From: Anthoceros angustus
Taxonomy: Eukaryota; Plantae; Anthocerotophyta
Assembly: GCA_010909165.1 (NCBI GenBank)
Contig: MU008160.1
Coordinates: forward strand, 1-64,000
Direction of reading: 5' to 3'
Length of the DNA stretch: 64,000 nucleotides
In this document: one piece after another, positions 23,200 through 36,560 of the stretch
Layout: each line of letters begins with the position of its first letter
Position numbering within the stretch: the stretch's first letter is position 1
Notes under the pieces: model-generated
Databases searched by the model: none
Told to the model about the DNA's origin: nothing
The model's input: only the letters and a program-made list of their open reading frames with translations
Program-made: the position numbers and the translations under genes

Positions 23200-26100
23200 T
23201 TGCTAGACCAACAATCGGTTCTTTGGGATAGTGACGATCATGGCGACTTCAGCCTTTTGCAATAACTACCAGCACCATACCCGTATGGAGAGAAGAAGGG
23301 GTATGAAGATCCGACGAGTTTGTTGAACGCTTTGAGCAACTAACCATTGCAAATCGTGAATGGGATCTGCAGATTCTCTTCTACGGAGTTCTTCGCGGAG
23401 GCCAGCCAAGTGGTACAAGAGGGAGTACCTCAAGGCATCACTCGGAACCTTCAACGAAGAAAGCCTTTTGTGAGAGGTTCGGAATAGATGTAGAAGGCTA
23501 CGTGTTGTCAAAGTTGGAGTTTTTGAGGAGAAGAAGGAAGGAGACTTTGCAAGCTTATGTTGAGAGGTTTCTTAACTTGCGTGATCGTAGTGGTCCTCAC
23601 TCGATTTAGCCATTCGGTGGTTTGCTAAGGGGTTAGATCCCGAGATGGGACATGTGAGGCTGCGGAGAAAGGCGTGACAAGGCCATCAAGGCGGCACTCA
23701 ACTAGAATCCAACTCCTTGGACAAGAAGAAGCACAAGAAGGAAAAGAGCAAGAAGAAGAAGTCCAAGCGAGGAAGAAGGACAAGGGATCTTGTCGTCGGA
23801 GGAAACTTGAGGAGAGTGACTCCTCTCAAGACTCGGTCGGAGGACTCTTCCTGAGGAGGATGGAGGAAGAATCCTCGGAAGGAGACGCAGGAAGAAGAAG
23901 AAGGTTGTCGCTAAGAAGAAACCCGAGGCTCGAGGATCAAGGGAGCTGGCCGGGCTAAACAAGAGGTTTAGTGCTAAGAAGGAAGTGGAACAAGTCAAGA
24001 GGGAGGCTGAAGTGCGAAGGTGCAACAAGAAGAAATGAAGATGGAGGAAATGATGAGCAAATTCGAGAAGTTTCACCTCAACGCCGTGAAGGAGCATGAG
24101 AAGAGGAGAGCGCATCCAATTGCTCGGGCTAACTGCTTTGTTCCACTTGTGGCCAGCCAGCCACACCAAGTCCAAGCTCATGTGGCCAAGGTGCACATGC
24201 TCGCCTACGAGGAGGAGGAAGAGGACTGGCCAGTGGAGGATACCTACCAGATCCAGGAGGTTTCCCAGGGACAACAGTACCCCAAGACTGTCCATCCATC
24301 GATGCTGCGAAATTCCATGGGGCGGCATTCGTAACAACCAAGTGCCCAGGGTTGCTAACCAAGCAACGGGTGCGGTTCAGTGCTACAACTGTAGGGGCTT
24401 TGGTCATTATGCAAATAGCTGTTCATCAGCAACAAGACAGGCCAATGGTGACTACGAACTACTGCCAAGACGCAAACAACAGGTCATGTAGCGGGAGTGT
24501 CACGCCCAAACCGAGGAAGGCTCAATTGCTCAACCACCGAGTTCAAGCGCATCCCAAGGAGCCGCACCATGCACGTGGAGGATGCCCTTATGGCTTTGGG
24601 AGGATGCGGAAGCCATGGTGTTGCGGGAGCTAGATGGACTGGGGTGCAGGAGACTACTACGGAGGCTGCAGCCATGGTCAGGCGCACTAGGAATGAAAAG
24701 CTAGGAGGAAGCTGCGAAGAAGAAAGAGACGGAGGTGCAATCACCACAAAGTCCAAGAGAGCACTCCAAGCCCGGAGGAACGGATCTAGAGGAGACACTT
24801 GAGAAGGAGAACCCAGAAGGAAGAATCAAGGAGTGAATCGCCAGGGCCATGCTGGAGAAAAAGAAGTTCCGAAAAGGGAGAGGGAACCCGGAGTTTCCAC
24901 CGGACGTCGGAGAAGTCATGGAGATGATAGAGGAGGAATTGACCAAGACAACAAACTGTGATCCCAGGCAGAAGTCCTCGGGTTAGCAAGCCCGTTGCTA
25001 AGGGCCGTTGCTAAGCAAGCAACGACGTGTTGCTAAGGGGAGCAACCGCGCTGTGGGAAGAAGGAGGACCGATCGAGGACCATTTAAGCCATCATGGATC
25101 AGCATTTGCTATTCACGTTTGGTCAACTATTGAAGGACAACCCAAGTACGCAACAAGTTCGGAGGCCTTGCAAGAGGCGCAACCCAAGAGGAAGAGGCGA
25201 TTGCCCAAGCCAGACCAAGGGTGACTCTACAACAACCTAGTGTCCATGATAGACCAAGGGCCGGGTAAGAGATCGCTGCGTCATCAAGCGGGTTCCCGGA
25301 TCGGATCCGGTGAACATCATGACGGAAGCAATAGCAAGGAAGCTTGGGTTGGACATTGAGCATACCACAAAGGTGAGATTGGTGACATGTCAAAATGCAC
25401 TGTGGGAGAATCAAGGAGTAACCACCATCATAGGGACCATTCCCTATCTCATGGACTATGTGGTTATCCGGACAAGGCGCCGGTACGACATCCTATTGGG
25501 AAGGACCGTATGGCTCAAGATGCAAGATGACTTGGGGAGGAAGGAAGTGGCTTTTAAGCCAATGGATTGGGACCCCAAGACGAAGGAGGCGAATTTGTTT
25601 GAGTTGGAGCAGGATACCCTCGTGGGGAGACTCCTCTACAGCGGAAGGATACACATCGTGGAGAAACATCGACTGGAGGAGGAAGAAGGGAAACTGGACA
25701 AATTTCCTTTTGCACATATCGCATGAGGAGGAAGAGTATAGGAGGGATATCCCTTACTCCCTCAATTTGGTGGGCTTTGGGTTCATGGAGGACCGCACCA
25801 GGGAGGCGACAACCGCCGTTGCTAAAGGCGTTGCTAAGGAAGCATGGCAAAGGTTGCTAAGGAAGCGATTCAAGCGGTTGCTAAGGAAGGGCGAGGCGAT
25901 CGAGTGAGGGTGAGCCAGGATCATTCGATTCACCTCCGAGGACCTATTTAGGGAGTGGGGATGAGGGAAGAGGACCCTCGTGAGGAGGAAGGGTTTGGTG
26001 AGAGTTCAGCACCCGTGGAGCGAGAATGGGTACAAGCGGAGATTAAGGATGTGGAGGTATTGCCCGGAAGGTCTGAAGTTTGCACGAGGAACCAGTTGGA

Positions 26101-28560
26101 AGAAGGAATGAAACAGCTCCTTCAGTTCATCGACGTGTTTGCCTTCGAGGTGAGATATGAAGGGATTCCCAAGAAGTGGGGAGCATAGGATCGATTTGGA
26201 GCCGTGAGCGACTCCGCTTCCCCCAAAGTACTCACAAGGTGAAGGAGCAGCTTGTACTTGAAGGCGACGTCATCTATCCAATCCAACAACACTGGGTGGC
26301 TCCGTTGGTTGAAGCGGCTGGAAAGATTCGAGTATGCCAACCGGAGGAAGCTCAACAAAGCAACCAAGAAGGACCATTTCCGCCATTCATCGACAACATC
26401 CCGGATTTGGTGGGCGGAAGATGTGTGTACTTCTTGGGCGGGTACTCAATCACCTTTGAGGGAGAGTGACTGGCCTCTAACAGCCTTCACGGATTGGGGA
26501 CCTTCGCTTACAAGAAGTGCGTTCGGATTGACGGAGCGCCGTTCCTTCATGCGGAGCATGGTTGAGATCTTCAAGGAGTATCTCCACAAGTTCATGGAGG
26601 TATTCCTAGATGATTTTGTGTGTTTGGGAGTGTGGAGGAGCACCGGATCACTTGCGGCGGTGCTTGGCGAGGTGTCGTGAAACTCAACTTTGCCTACATC
26701 CCGAAATGCTACTTTGGCATGCGGGAGGGATTTTGTTGGGGCACAATTTCAGCAGGGCATCGAGTTGATCCATAAGGTGAAGATGATTGTTGCCCCGAAG
26801 CCCAACAACTCTCAAGGAACTCCGGGGTTCCTTGGCATGGGCTTTGTGCCTAACTTTGCTAGGAGGGCTACCAGCTTGTTGAGGAAGGACCAAGAGTGGG
26901 ACCGACATGAGAGGAGGCAGATTTCAAGATTTGAGGACCACGTTGGTACCCCAACCCTCAAGGGATTGGAGCACAAGAAGTTCCATGTGATGTTTCGCCA
27001 TTGGTACGCCTTGAGCCAGTGGATAACAAGAGAGAGACTACCCGATCTACTACGGGCGGCAACTCACCGATGCGGAGCGCAAGTACACAACAACGAAAGG
27101 GAAGCCCTTGGGATGGTGTATTCGAAGAAAGTTTCGTCATTATCTCCTCTCCTATGAGTTTGTGTTTCATGTTGACCATTTTGCTCTCAAGCATCTTGTC
27201 AAGGCGGATCTTCCGTCGCATAGCTCGTTGGATCTTGTAAGAGTTCACCTTCACGGTGGAGACACGTGAGGAGGAAGCATGAATGCGACTACTTGTCTCG
27301 CTTGAAGACGGAGAAGGTGGAGCATGATCAAGAAGATCATTTTCCGGATGAAGCTTTCTTGGGAGGATGAGGAGAGTGCTAGGCCCAATGCTGATGGAGG
27401 CAAATGAGAAGGGAGGGAGAAGTTTTGCCAGCCTATGAGGAGGTCTTTCGCTTTTAGCAACTCGGATCTGGACTGTCTACAACAGAGGTTGTTCTATACT
27501 TCTCACTGTTGTTAAGCGCGAGACAAAATGCAGGTAGGGGAGATGGAGTTGAGAGGTTGTGGGTCAAGGATGGTCAAAAGGACCGGGTTCTCGCCTTGCA
27601 TGAGGAGGAGGTCACTCACCACAACGTGACTGTAAGAAGATCTTAGGCGGTATTGGTGGCCAACCTTGCACGATGCTAGGGAGTTCATCAAGCGTTGTGA
27701 TGCATGTCAAAGGGTTGAAGCCAACAGGACCACATGGCCATTGGTCCCTATCCTAGCCTTGGCGCCTTTAGTGGGGGATTGACTTGGGGATGATTCAACC
27801 CAAGACCAAGGGAACCAATATATTCGTAGCGGACATCACTTTGGAAGCTCAAGCCTTGCCGTGGACTGGAATGTGGTGGGGTTCTTGTTTGAGCATATCA
27901 TCACAAGGTGTTGGAGTTGGTTAGCGACAGTACCCATTTCATCAACGAGGTGATCTCACACATGGTGAAGTATTTCAACATCATGGAAGACCACCCCTAC
28001 AACCCCAAGGCGAATGGACTCACGGAGAAAGCTAATGGGTTGCTTTGCAGATCCTCAACAAGTTAACCATCACCCACTTACGATTGGGACCGAAAGCTTC
28101 ACTCAGCGTTGTGGGCGTATAGGACAGCGGAGAAGGTGACCACACAACAGACTCCCTACTACCTCACCTATGGGCATTCACCAGTCATGCCCATTGAGTT
28201 TGAAGTGCCAACGTTGAGAGTCCAAGAGCATAAGAGGATGACGGTGGAGGAGAGCCAGTTGGAGAGGCTCATAGGCTTTGTTCAGCACATGGAGAGTAGG
28301 GAACAAGCCTTGGCAGTCCTACAGAACGTCCAAGAGAAGAGGAAGGAATGGCATGACCGGAAGCTGCAAAAACAAGAGTACGTTGTTCCGGGGGACTTGG
28401 CGTTCTTTGTGTGACAAGTACATGCACTTCCAGGCTCTTAGATGGATGGGTCCCTCAGTGGTCGCAAGTGTTCGACAATGGATCCATACAATGCGGCAAC
28501 ATGGATGTTGCCAACGGGGTCAATGGTTGGCGTGAAGACCAATAAGTTGGCGGGCGCCAA
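23200..28560 (+). pseudogene. gag-pol of the Ty3/gypsy element (heavily frameshifted; ends approximate)
   Basis: Gag core ~23360-23600. Zinc knuckle CYNCRGFGHYANSC at 24381-24422. Protease ..GSG-VNIM ~25310. RT RKLNKATKKDHF..EVFLDDF ~26300-26620. RNase H EREALGMVY..DH.ALKHL ~27090-27200. Integrase PKANGLTEKANG, LWAYRTA..TPYYLTYG ~28010-28180. Confidence 0.9.
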
Positions 28561-28561
28561 C

Positions 28562-28577
28562 AAATGAGAAGGGAGTA
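28562..28577 (+). other. Polypurine tract
   Basis: aaatgagaagggagta immediately before the 3' LTR. Confidence 0.75.
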
Positions 28578-31500
28578 TGTGGTGACCACATGGGTACTGC
28601 ACCCCTCGAAAGGAGTGTTTTTGTTTTGTGTTTAAGTTGTGAGAATCGTGTGGAGTTGGAATGTGAAGTAGGTTAGGAAATAAGAAAAGTCTACTAGAGC
28701 CTAGTAGGAGGAAGAGTCTAGTCCCGATCACGGGCAACCTGGAGGGTTGGCTGTTGCTAAGCGCTAGGCCGCTAGGACTGTTGCTATGACAACCGACTCG
28801 GGAGCTGCTATGGTAGCAACCAAAAGTTATTTTCCGATAAATCGGAAAACCTAATTGAGAAATCATTGGAAATACCCGAGCGGGTAAGTCCTATTAGCAA
28901 TTTCCAGTCGGGAAGGGACAAGGAATACAGCAGGAGGCGCGCACCTCAAGCTCGGAGCGTGGTGGGCGGGCGGGAGAAGCAGGCGTCGCAGTGAGTCACA
29001 AGGCGGCAGCAGCGCGCTCGAGGCCGAATCGGGTGGAATGGCAGTCCGGGGGTGATGCGGCGGTGGAGGAAAGCGGAGGCGGTCGAGGCAGCGGCACAGG
29101 CGGAGGGCAGGCGGGCGGACGGTGGAGGAGCTCAGGCGGCGGGCAGAGCAAGCAGTGGGCAGAATTCAACAGGGAGTGGGGAATAATCGGCGGCTCGAGA
29201 AGGTGCGGCTCGTGCCGGCACGAAGAAGAGAAGAGAGGCGGTGGTGGGGGCGTGGGGAATTCGAGGAAGGAGGGGCGTGCAGGGTAGGGTGCGAATTGGT
29301 GGCACGCACTAGCTGGATTAAGGCGGAGGCGAGGGTCCATCTAACCAGTTGCAGCTCCCCGGACCTCACATATTTGAGGAGGAAGGCGTGGTGGCAGCGA
29401 GCGGGCGGCATGTTGGCGGACAGGTGGAGTAGGGTTCAATTCCGGTGGTGTCAAGGCTTTGGTCGTGGAGGGAATACGGGCCGAGGCAGGCCGCCATGAT
29501 AAGGAGGTTTGGATTCGAGAAAATCGGCAGGCCTCCGAGATGGGTGGAGGTGGCGGCTTCAGGGGATCCTTGATCAGCAAGTTAAGAAGAATTCGAGTGA
29601 GTCGGCCACGAAAGGCGACAGTGAAGGCTTGTGGGAAATCGAATGGCGTGTAGCCGGACACTTACTCTGCTCGCGTCACAGGACAAGGAGCATGGGACCT
29701 AAGAAGACCACTCCGGTGGCCATTGAGGCCATTCAATGGCCCAACATGGGGCTGGAGAGTGGCGTTGGCTAAGCATCACTTGTCCTTCATGGACAAAAAG
29801 TGGTGCTACAGGTTGGTTGGGAATGTGGGCACATGAGGGAGAAGGCCAGGAAGGCAACACGAGAACCAACACTGGAATATTCATTGTTCCAGTGTCTATG
29901 AGGCAAGAGGAATGTGGTGGAATAATCATTGATCCTTTCGAGCCATCTCCCAAAATGCAGAGGCTGGTCCATTGCTCCCACATTGTCTAGGGTGGAGAAT
30001 GGCTGGGTCACCAACAATTAGACCACGAGCCGGATTAGCCAGTGGATCCTGTGCTCTCACTCACTAAGAAGCTAGAGCACATTGACCATTTCTTGTCTTT
30101 CTCTATGAGGTGGTGAGAGGGTCCAAGATAGATTGGGCTAGGATGTTCTATGACACAAGATGCGGAGAGGGACCACTTGACCCTACCATCACCCACCTCA
30201 GCTCTATCTCCCTTCTTAATCCACATTTTTGACCATGCCAAGTTCGGAGGGATAGAGATGGTCTCACCTTCCATGCCCGGAGGCCGGTGTTTGAAAGAAG
30301 GAAGCCCAAAGAGGAGTCGAGGAAGAGGCCATCTCCGTGGCAGGAGTGAGGATGAGAAGTAAGTGTCCATGAAGAGGAATGTGGCGTTGCTAAGGGCATC
30401 ACCAGCTAACAGCAAGCTAAGACTACAGGCACCAAGAGAGGTCGGGCCGAGAGCAGGGACTCCAACCACTCCTAGAGCCACAAGAGCACGACGAGAACTC
30501 ACAGATGACAGGATAAAGGAAAGGCCAGGGGCACGGCCCAGGCAGTGGCGAAGCAACAGTCAGGGAATCACCAACCCTTGGGCACGGCCGAGTGATCCGA
30601 GAAAGTCACTACTGCTCAAGGGGACCCTCAAGTATACCGGAAGTGGTCAGAGTCGGGCGCCCGATAGGAAGGAGGGAACCCATCCCAGAAGGTTTGGGGC
30701 CTAACATCACCACAAGAGCTGGTCTCATATGGCACGCACTAGTGAGATGGAGGACCGATAGCTCGTCCTCTCTTTGTTAGGTTTTACAGCGCAGAGCAAC
30801 AGGGGAGGCTAAAGGAGCTCCAGGAATGAAGCAGGAGAAGGAGGTCTTGGAGGGACGCCTAGGTAGCATGGAAGCGGAATTAAGAAGGTCCGAGAAGAGT
30901 TGCGGAAGACCAAGGATCGAAACCCTCATGGTTCAGCTCTCGCACAAAGCACCATAGGGAGCCTGCGAATGTCATCTCGGATCGCAAGTTCAGCCGAAAC
31001 TGCGGATGCCCTGGCGCTACAAGAAGGAGAGGGACGAGGCAAGGAAAGGTTGGAAAGAGGCCAAGAGGGCCGGGATTGCAAGGAGAGCCACCGTGGAAGA
31101 TGCGGAGCCTCCCATGGAAGAATCATTCGAGTTAACAGGAGGTTGCTAAGCAAGCAACGCCGCCGCTAAGGAAACACAACTGCACTGCTAAGGGAGCAAC
31201 AGCTCCAAGACCAAAGCTACAACAAGGAAGAAGGGGGCAAGACCGGGAGGAGGACAACAGCCGGGGGAGCGGTAAGCACCGCCTAAGAAGTCTAACTTCC
31301 CAATGGTGCATTAGATTGAGGGATGCTTATCAAGATAACCATGTGCCCGGATTCTCCTTGGAGAGAAGATTGTCTCCGAAAGTTTATGTTGTTGTGGGCA
31401 CAGGGGACATGGAGGTACTTGATCCATGCCTTGGCACCGGATCCTACCTATGGGTTGGATTCTTAAGGAGGAAACTCTCACCGACCCATCCAGATTCAAG

Positions 31501-32941
31501 AGCTCACCGAGGAGGAGTACTGGACTATGCGGCGAGCACAAGAGAGAGAGGAGTCCAGCTCAGGAGGTAGAGATTTTATGGGAGAGATTGCCCAACCGCC
31601 AAGAGGGAGGAGAGCAAGAGGAGAACATGGGGCTAGGCCTAGGAGGCCCAGGAGAGGTAATAGGGGTAAGTGGCCAAATAGCTAAAGGCCCATGTGTTAT
31701 AGGATCGTCTTATCCTCTCATAGTGGATGAATTGATAGATAGGCCTCTAGGATTGGTAGGCTAAGACGATTGGTATTTTTGGCAAGCAAGCTTTGTGGTG
31801 ATCTTGGGTATAAGGCACCTCTTGATGAAATGTAAGCAATGTTGGCCTAAGTCTTGGTGTTTGAAATGGTCGGGGTTTGGGAGTACCATCCAAGTCGTAA
31901 GTCTAGACCGCTCAGAGCCAGAAGACTACCAAGTTGCCCAGATCTGTGGCATCCGCAAAGGGTGGTGGAAAGCAAGGGAGGGAGCCTTGAGGTCTCCTTG
32001 GAGGGAGTTCCAAGGTCAAGAGGGTTGTGGGCGGGGGTCACTCTTCCTCATTCCCTTCACTAGTCTAGTACTCACCTTGTGTTTGAGTTTCGTGTGTTGG
32101 AGATTTGGTGTTTGGAAAATGAGGGAAAGAGCTATGAGAGAAGTGGAGAATCGGACATGGAGAGTTGCTGATGGCTGTTTGAGAGGAGTAAGAAGATGGA
32201 GAATGCAGAAGTGATGTTGTGTTCTGAAGAAGAGTGAGTGGAGGTTGAAGATCCGTGAGTGGATGAGATGGAATGATTGGGGGTGATGACAAGTATTTTG
32301 AGAGTTGGTGAAGGGTTGTAAGGTCTGGATGAGAACCTTGTAAGGGCTGGAGAGGAGCGAGTGGAAGTGGATTGAATGGGTGGTGGTGTGAGAACAAGGA
32401 GAGTTGAAGAGAGGCTGGGAAACTTGGAGTGTGGAGGGGCTGCGAGAGGCACCTCGGTGTGAGAGCAGGAGGGTGCTGGAAGGTGAGCTGAAAGGCTGGG
32501 GAGGGGCAAGGAAGTCAAGAAATGCAAGAGTGAGGGGAGAGTTATGGGGCAGAATCGATTGGTGGATCTAACTTTGTGGATGAGAATAAGAGAGAGAGAG
32601 AGAGAGGAGAGATCAGCCTTATCCACTTGGATCCCGACCGGACCCACCCCTATTAATAGCCAGACTGATCCCAAGGTGGACCCCCCTAGAAATAGAGTTG
32701 CTAAGTTAGCAAAACATCGTTGCTGGGGAGTCAGGTCGCGTGGCTAAGATAGCCAGTGCAGTGTTGTTAGGGTAGTAAGCAGTGCATCGCTAGATGTTTG
32801 GCGTATGTGTTTGGTTGGATTGGCTATGTTTTGGTTGTCTTGACACGAAATCACTCCCTTGGGTACGAATCTCAAGTCTACAACGATAAAGAGGGTAAAT
32901 GTGGCCTCTTTGTGACCACTTGGTTTGAAAATCACTCCACA
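28578..32941 (+). repeat. 3' LTR (~4.36 kb)
   Basis: Same termini and internal order as the 5' LTR. Confidence 0.9.
29692..31169 (+). pseudogene. Accessory ORF inside the 3' LTR (copy of 19669-21241)
   Basis: The ORF track shows MGPKKTTPVAIEAIQWPNM, LSPFLIHIFDHAKFGGIEMVSP and EKEVLEGRLGSMEAEL-like pieces. Confidence 0.6.
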
Positions 32942-33686
32942 CCTTAGAACTTGATGAAACATCATAATATTTGAGCCGTGGAATATACATCAAGCGGCTT
33001 TATGCATGTATATCGCTGAACCGGGTTGGATGGTCACTAAATCATTCTGCATGTAGTCATGGAGAATGTGTTCAAAATTATGGTCAAATCACATTCAATT
33101 AAAATTGCAGGCTCGCAACAAGGGTATGGTGGGGACATGCCAATGGGGTTTTTGTCTAGCACCGATTTCACTCCCTTTGTGGGATAATGAAACCCTGACT
33201 CTTTACATTATTATACCTTATAGTGAAGGGCAGAGAGTTTACAAGGTTCCCATTTATGGTAAGAAGGTATGGAAAATGTCTGTTTATATGGTACAAGGGT
33301 GTACACTACACACCATGGTAGCATCTGGCGCCCATCGCTACACACGAAATCCCTTATCCATTCCCAAATATGCCCAACATGGCCTTTTTAATATCCATGT
33401 CGGAAGAAATGTCTTGTCTGTTCCATGTTCCTCTTCACCCCAAAACCGATTACATGGTATCGCTGGAAAAACTGCCAAGTTTCACGGAACATTGGGTGGG
33501 CGCCACGCTAAACGAATCCCCACGAACAAGTCATGGCGGGCCGGTGAAATGAAGGGGTGCCAATAGGAAGACACACAAAATGTTGTCGTGATGGCTTAAG
33601 CATGCCACCACAAAGGGTGTGGAAAAGAGTTGCGTTGTAATTTGGAAGGAGCGGACCATGAGTGGATATATGTCGAGTTCGGTCAT

Positions 33687-36560
33687 TCACTCCTCCCGAC
33701 TCAGACCGTCGGTTTCTCCATGTGGAATAAATGCGTCATCCATCCATCCTTGTCCACCGAGGAGTGCGAGGGGTTGAAGATGGGGACGGAGGGCACTTAA
33801 CTTCTCTTTGATAGCTTTTTTATCCGCCGTGTACAGATGTTTCCTAGAAGTGAGATTGAACCCATAGTACACAATGACTGTCTTGTGTACAAACAACTTC
33901 TGAATGTTGGGTGGCTTCCATGCTTTTGCACCTTTGTTGGTAAGAGGAAATTGTCTACCCTCCTCAGTCCTGACAAAGTATTCCCCGACATACTTGCCCT
34001 CGTAGGCATCAGTGTGCTCGGTTCGCCACCAGTGCACCAGCAAGTAGGGGTCATCGACGGTCAGGTGCACACTCAACACCTTTGCAACCCAGAATGCCCT
34101 GTTGTGTGTGTCCCCCTCACAAGGGGTGACAATAAACATACCTTTTTTTATCTCCATGATGTCACCATTCATGCTCGACCTCTTGCTCCCGTCTTTCCAC
34201 TCTGTAAGCACCCAAGTACATGTCCCCGTTGAGGCTCTCGCAATAAGGCTTCAAGATAGCCTCCTCGGAACTCGGTGGTACAAGTCCTGCAGATCATCTA
34301 CCACTTCCGGACTTTTCAACACAAGGCCAATGTTATTGTCCACTATAGTTGCAATCTCCTCTTGATCCTTCCAGTCATTCCACCACTCCTCCTTTCAGTT
34401 AACATATGTGGAAAGTTTACCCTTAAGTGCTCTACTCCTTTGAGCTTCCATCGCCTTTCTTGTCCTTGGCAGAGCTAGCGGTTAGGTCCTATCTCGACAT
34501 TTGGAATAAAAGACAAGAACTCCAGCCCATCTTTCTTCCATAGCTGAGGTGAGGTATCGCTTTCGGATAACAACTTTACCCGCGTTTTCCTCCGCGTGAT
34601 TTTGAATTGGTGTTGGAATGATAGATTGTTGCTTGCGAACGCACTTTAAACTTCCGAGCACCTTCCTGTTTTCAAGGCCGACGAAAGAACGGAAGTCGGA
34701 ACCTCGGTCGGGACCTTCACTTGGGTTTGGCGTGAAAGCGCTCAATATATCCTGCATGAGGAAGAGTTTTGGCCTCTTTGTGCTTCAAATGCTTGGAGAA
34801 ACAAGAACATTTGGTCCACCTGGTCATGTGTGACCTGACAAGAAGAACCCCACCTTCACTTTCTCAAAAGTCCCCATCTCCACGAGCATATTCGGATAAG
34901 CAAAGCAGCGTTGATTCTTGTTCTCCGACATGTGTTAGTTGCAAATATAGAACCTTGGGAAGTAAGCCAAACATGTATGTATCACATCTTGATAATGCAT
35001 ATGGTTAAATTAGCATCGTTCGCAAATTTGCGTAGTGCAGATCGCCTTGCGTGAACGTGTGATTGTGAATCATACACCCCACCACATGGACAGGCTATCT
35101 TCCTTTAGCTCCTTAGGCCATCTAAGTATACGGTAAATGTTTTTTCGATCCATACCATCGATACATAATAACATGTACTTGTGAGGCTCTGTATCCTTTC
35201 GCTCGATGTTTTGTCAACTTCTTCCGCTCCTCCATAAGCTTTGCGATGTTTGTTCAATGCCTCGATATATATCGCCATACAACCAAATGTCATGTCGGTG
35301 TCCATCAACATATACCATCATTCACGACCAGACCCTCCCACTAACGCCTCATTTCAAATGCAATAGCAGAGTCGACTCCATTATAAGTGGTCTAGGCGAT
35401 TGTCCAATAGGGGCAACCGACCCTAACAACCCCTAAAGCGAACCTAGGGTTCCGGCCGTTGTGTGGTCCCATATTGAGGCCCCAATGGTCCTCCTCTAGC
35501 CCGGGAAGGCTACGGAAATCTTGAAGTGTCCAGCCGGCTCATCGCCTTCATTAATATGGGCGGCATGCGCCAACCCTCCCCTTCCTCCTCCCCTTTCCCA
35601 TCCCCTTCCACCCTTTCCACAGGGGCATGCCGCGCCCTCATCTCCTACCCGGGCCCCATGCCGGCGCCTTCCTCCCCCTCGCCCCTTTCAGGGGCGGCAT
35701 GCCGCCTCCTCATCTCCCCGGCCGGGCGGCATGCCGGCGCCTCCCTCTCCCTCCTCCACTGGCTGCATTCTAGAGAACATGCCCGCTTCCTCGACCAAGG
35801 GCCGGATCGTACCGACCAAGGGTCAACATCCACCATCACAACATACCAGCTACATCGATGGCCCACCACCGTGACGCCCAACCTTTGCCCCTTTATACCA
35901 TGCCGGAAAACGGTGTGTGATGAGCATACCTTGATCTGCGATCCGATTCTCGGATGTTGAACTTTAGACCGCGCAAGAGAGAACATGTTGAAAATCGATT
36001 GGATTTGGGTATCTTCACGCGCTCGAAGTTCTGCTCCCATAGTCTCAGAAAGTACGCGTACGAAATATACTGCAGCCCGTTTTGCTCCATGCCACATTTG
36101 TATTGTGTCCACACTTCTAGCTTGGTGAAAGTGTCAGGAAGATTGTAGACTTCAACATTAGGCAGCCGCTCTGCCAATTGCAGAAATGTTGCATCCATCC
36201 ATGCTATAGCGCCCAATGCATGAGATGATTTCACCCGGGGGTTTGGCTTGCTACCATCCCATGGTGAATTCAACAGTACTCTACCCTTCACCTCCTCATA
36301 CCTTTCCGACCCTATGCAATACACCCTTCAAGGATTTGTGCAACACTTGATTGGAACCGGTGCCTTCAGGAAAGTACTGCACTCTCTTTTCCTTTCGATC
36401 CTTGGTCAGGCCTTACAAGGGTCTCTAAGTATGTCTCCGCTCGACCTTCCCAACATAAGAAACCTTTGCCTCTCTTCTTGGAAACCCTCCTTCGAAAGTC
36501 GTTGGATACATAGTTTGTTGCAACACGGTTTCAAATCTTGCGTAACGTGTCCTCGTCTTC
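33687..36560 (-). mobile_element. Sola-like (DDD) DNA transposase, degraded, probably spliced; element ends not found
   Basis: Minus strand, in order: CCNKLCIQR (~36510); YFLRLWEQNFERVKIPKSNRFSTC (~36000); LCIDGMD (35148-35168); LYLQL..CRENKN (~34913-34950); GHT-DQVDQMF (~34807-34835); C-terminal FWVAKV..VHWW domain (33687-34211). Confidence 0.7.

Larger units (their letters stand above)
18501..32941 (+). mobile_element. Full-length Ty3/gypsy LTR retrotransposon (~14.4 kb), non-chromovirus type
   Basis: Two LTRs TG...CA, PBS-like motif, PPT, domain order gag-PR-RT-RH-INT. Flanks are CCCTT (left) and CCTT (right), read as a 5-bp TSD with one C dropped, or a 4-bp TSD. Confidence 0.92.

Noticed and set aside
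18501-32941. Dating the Ty3 insertion from LTR-LTR divergence
   Set aside because: The differences are dominated by indels that are probably sequencing error.
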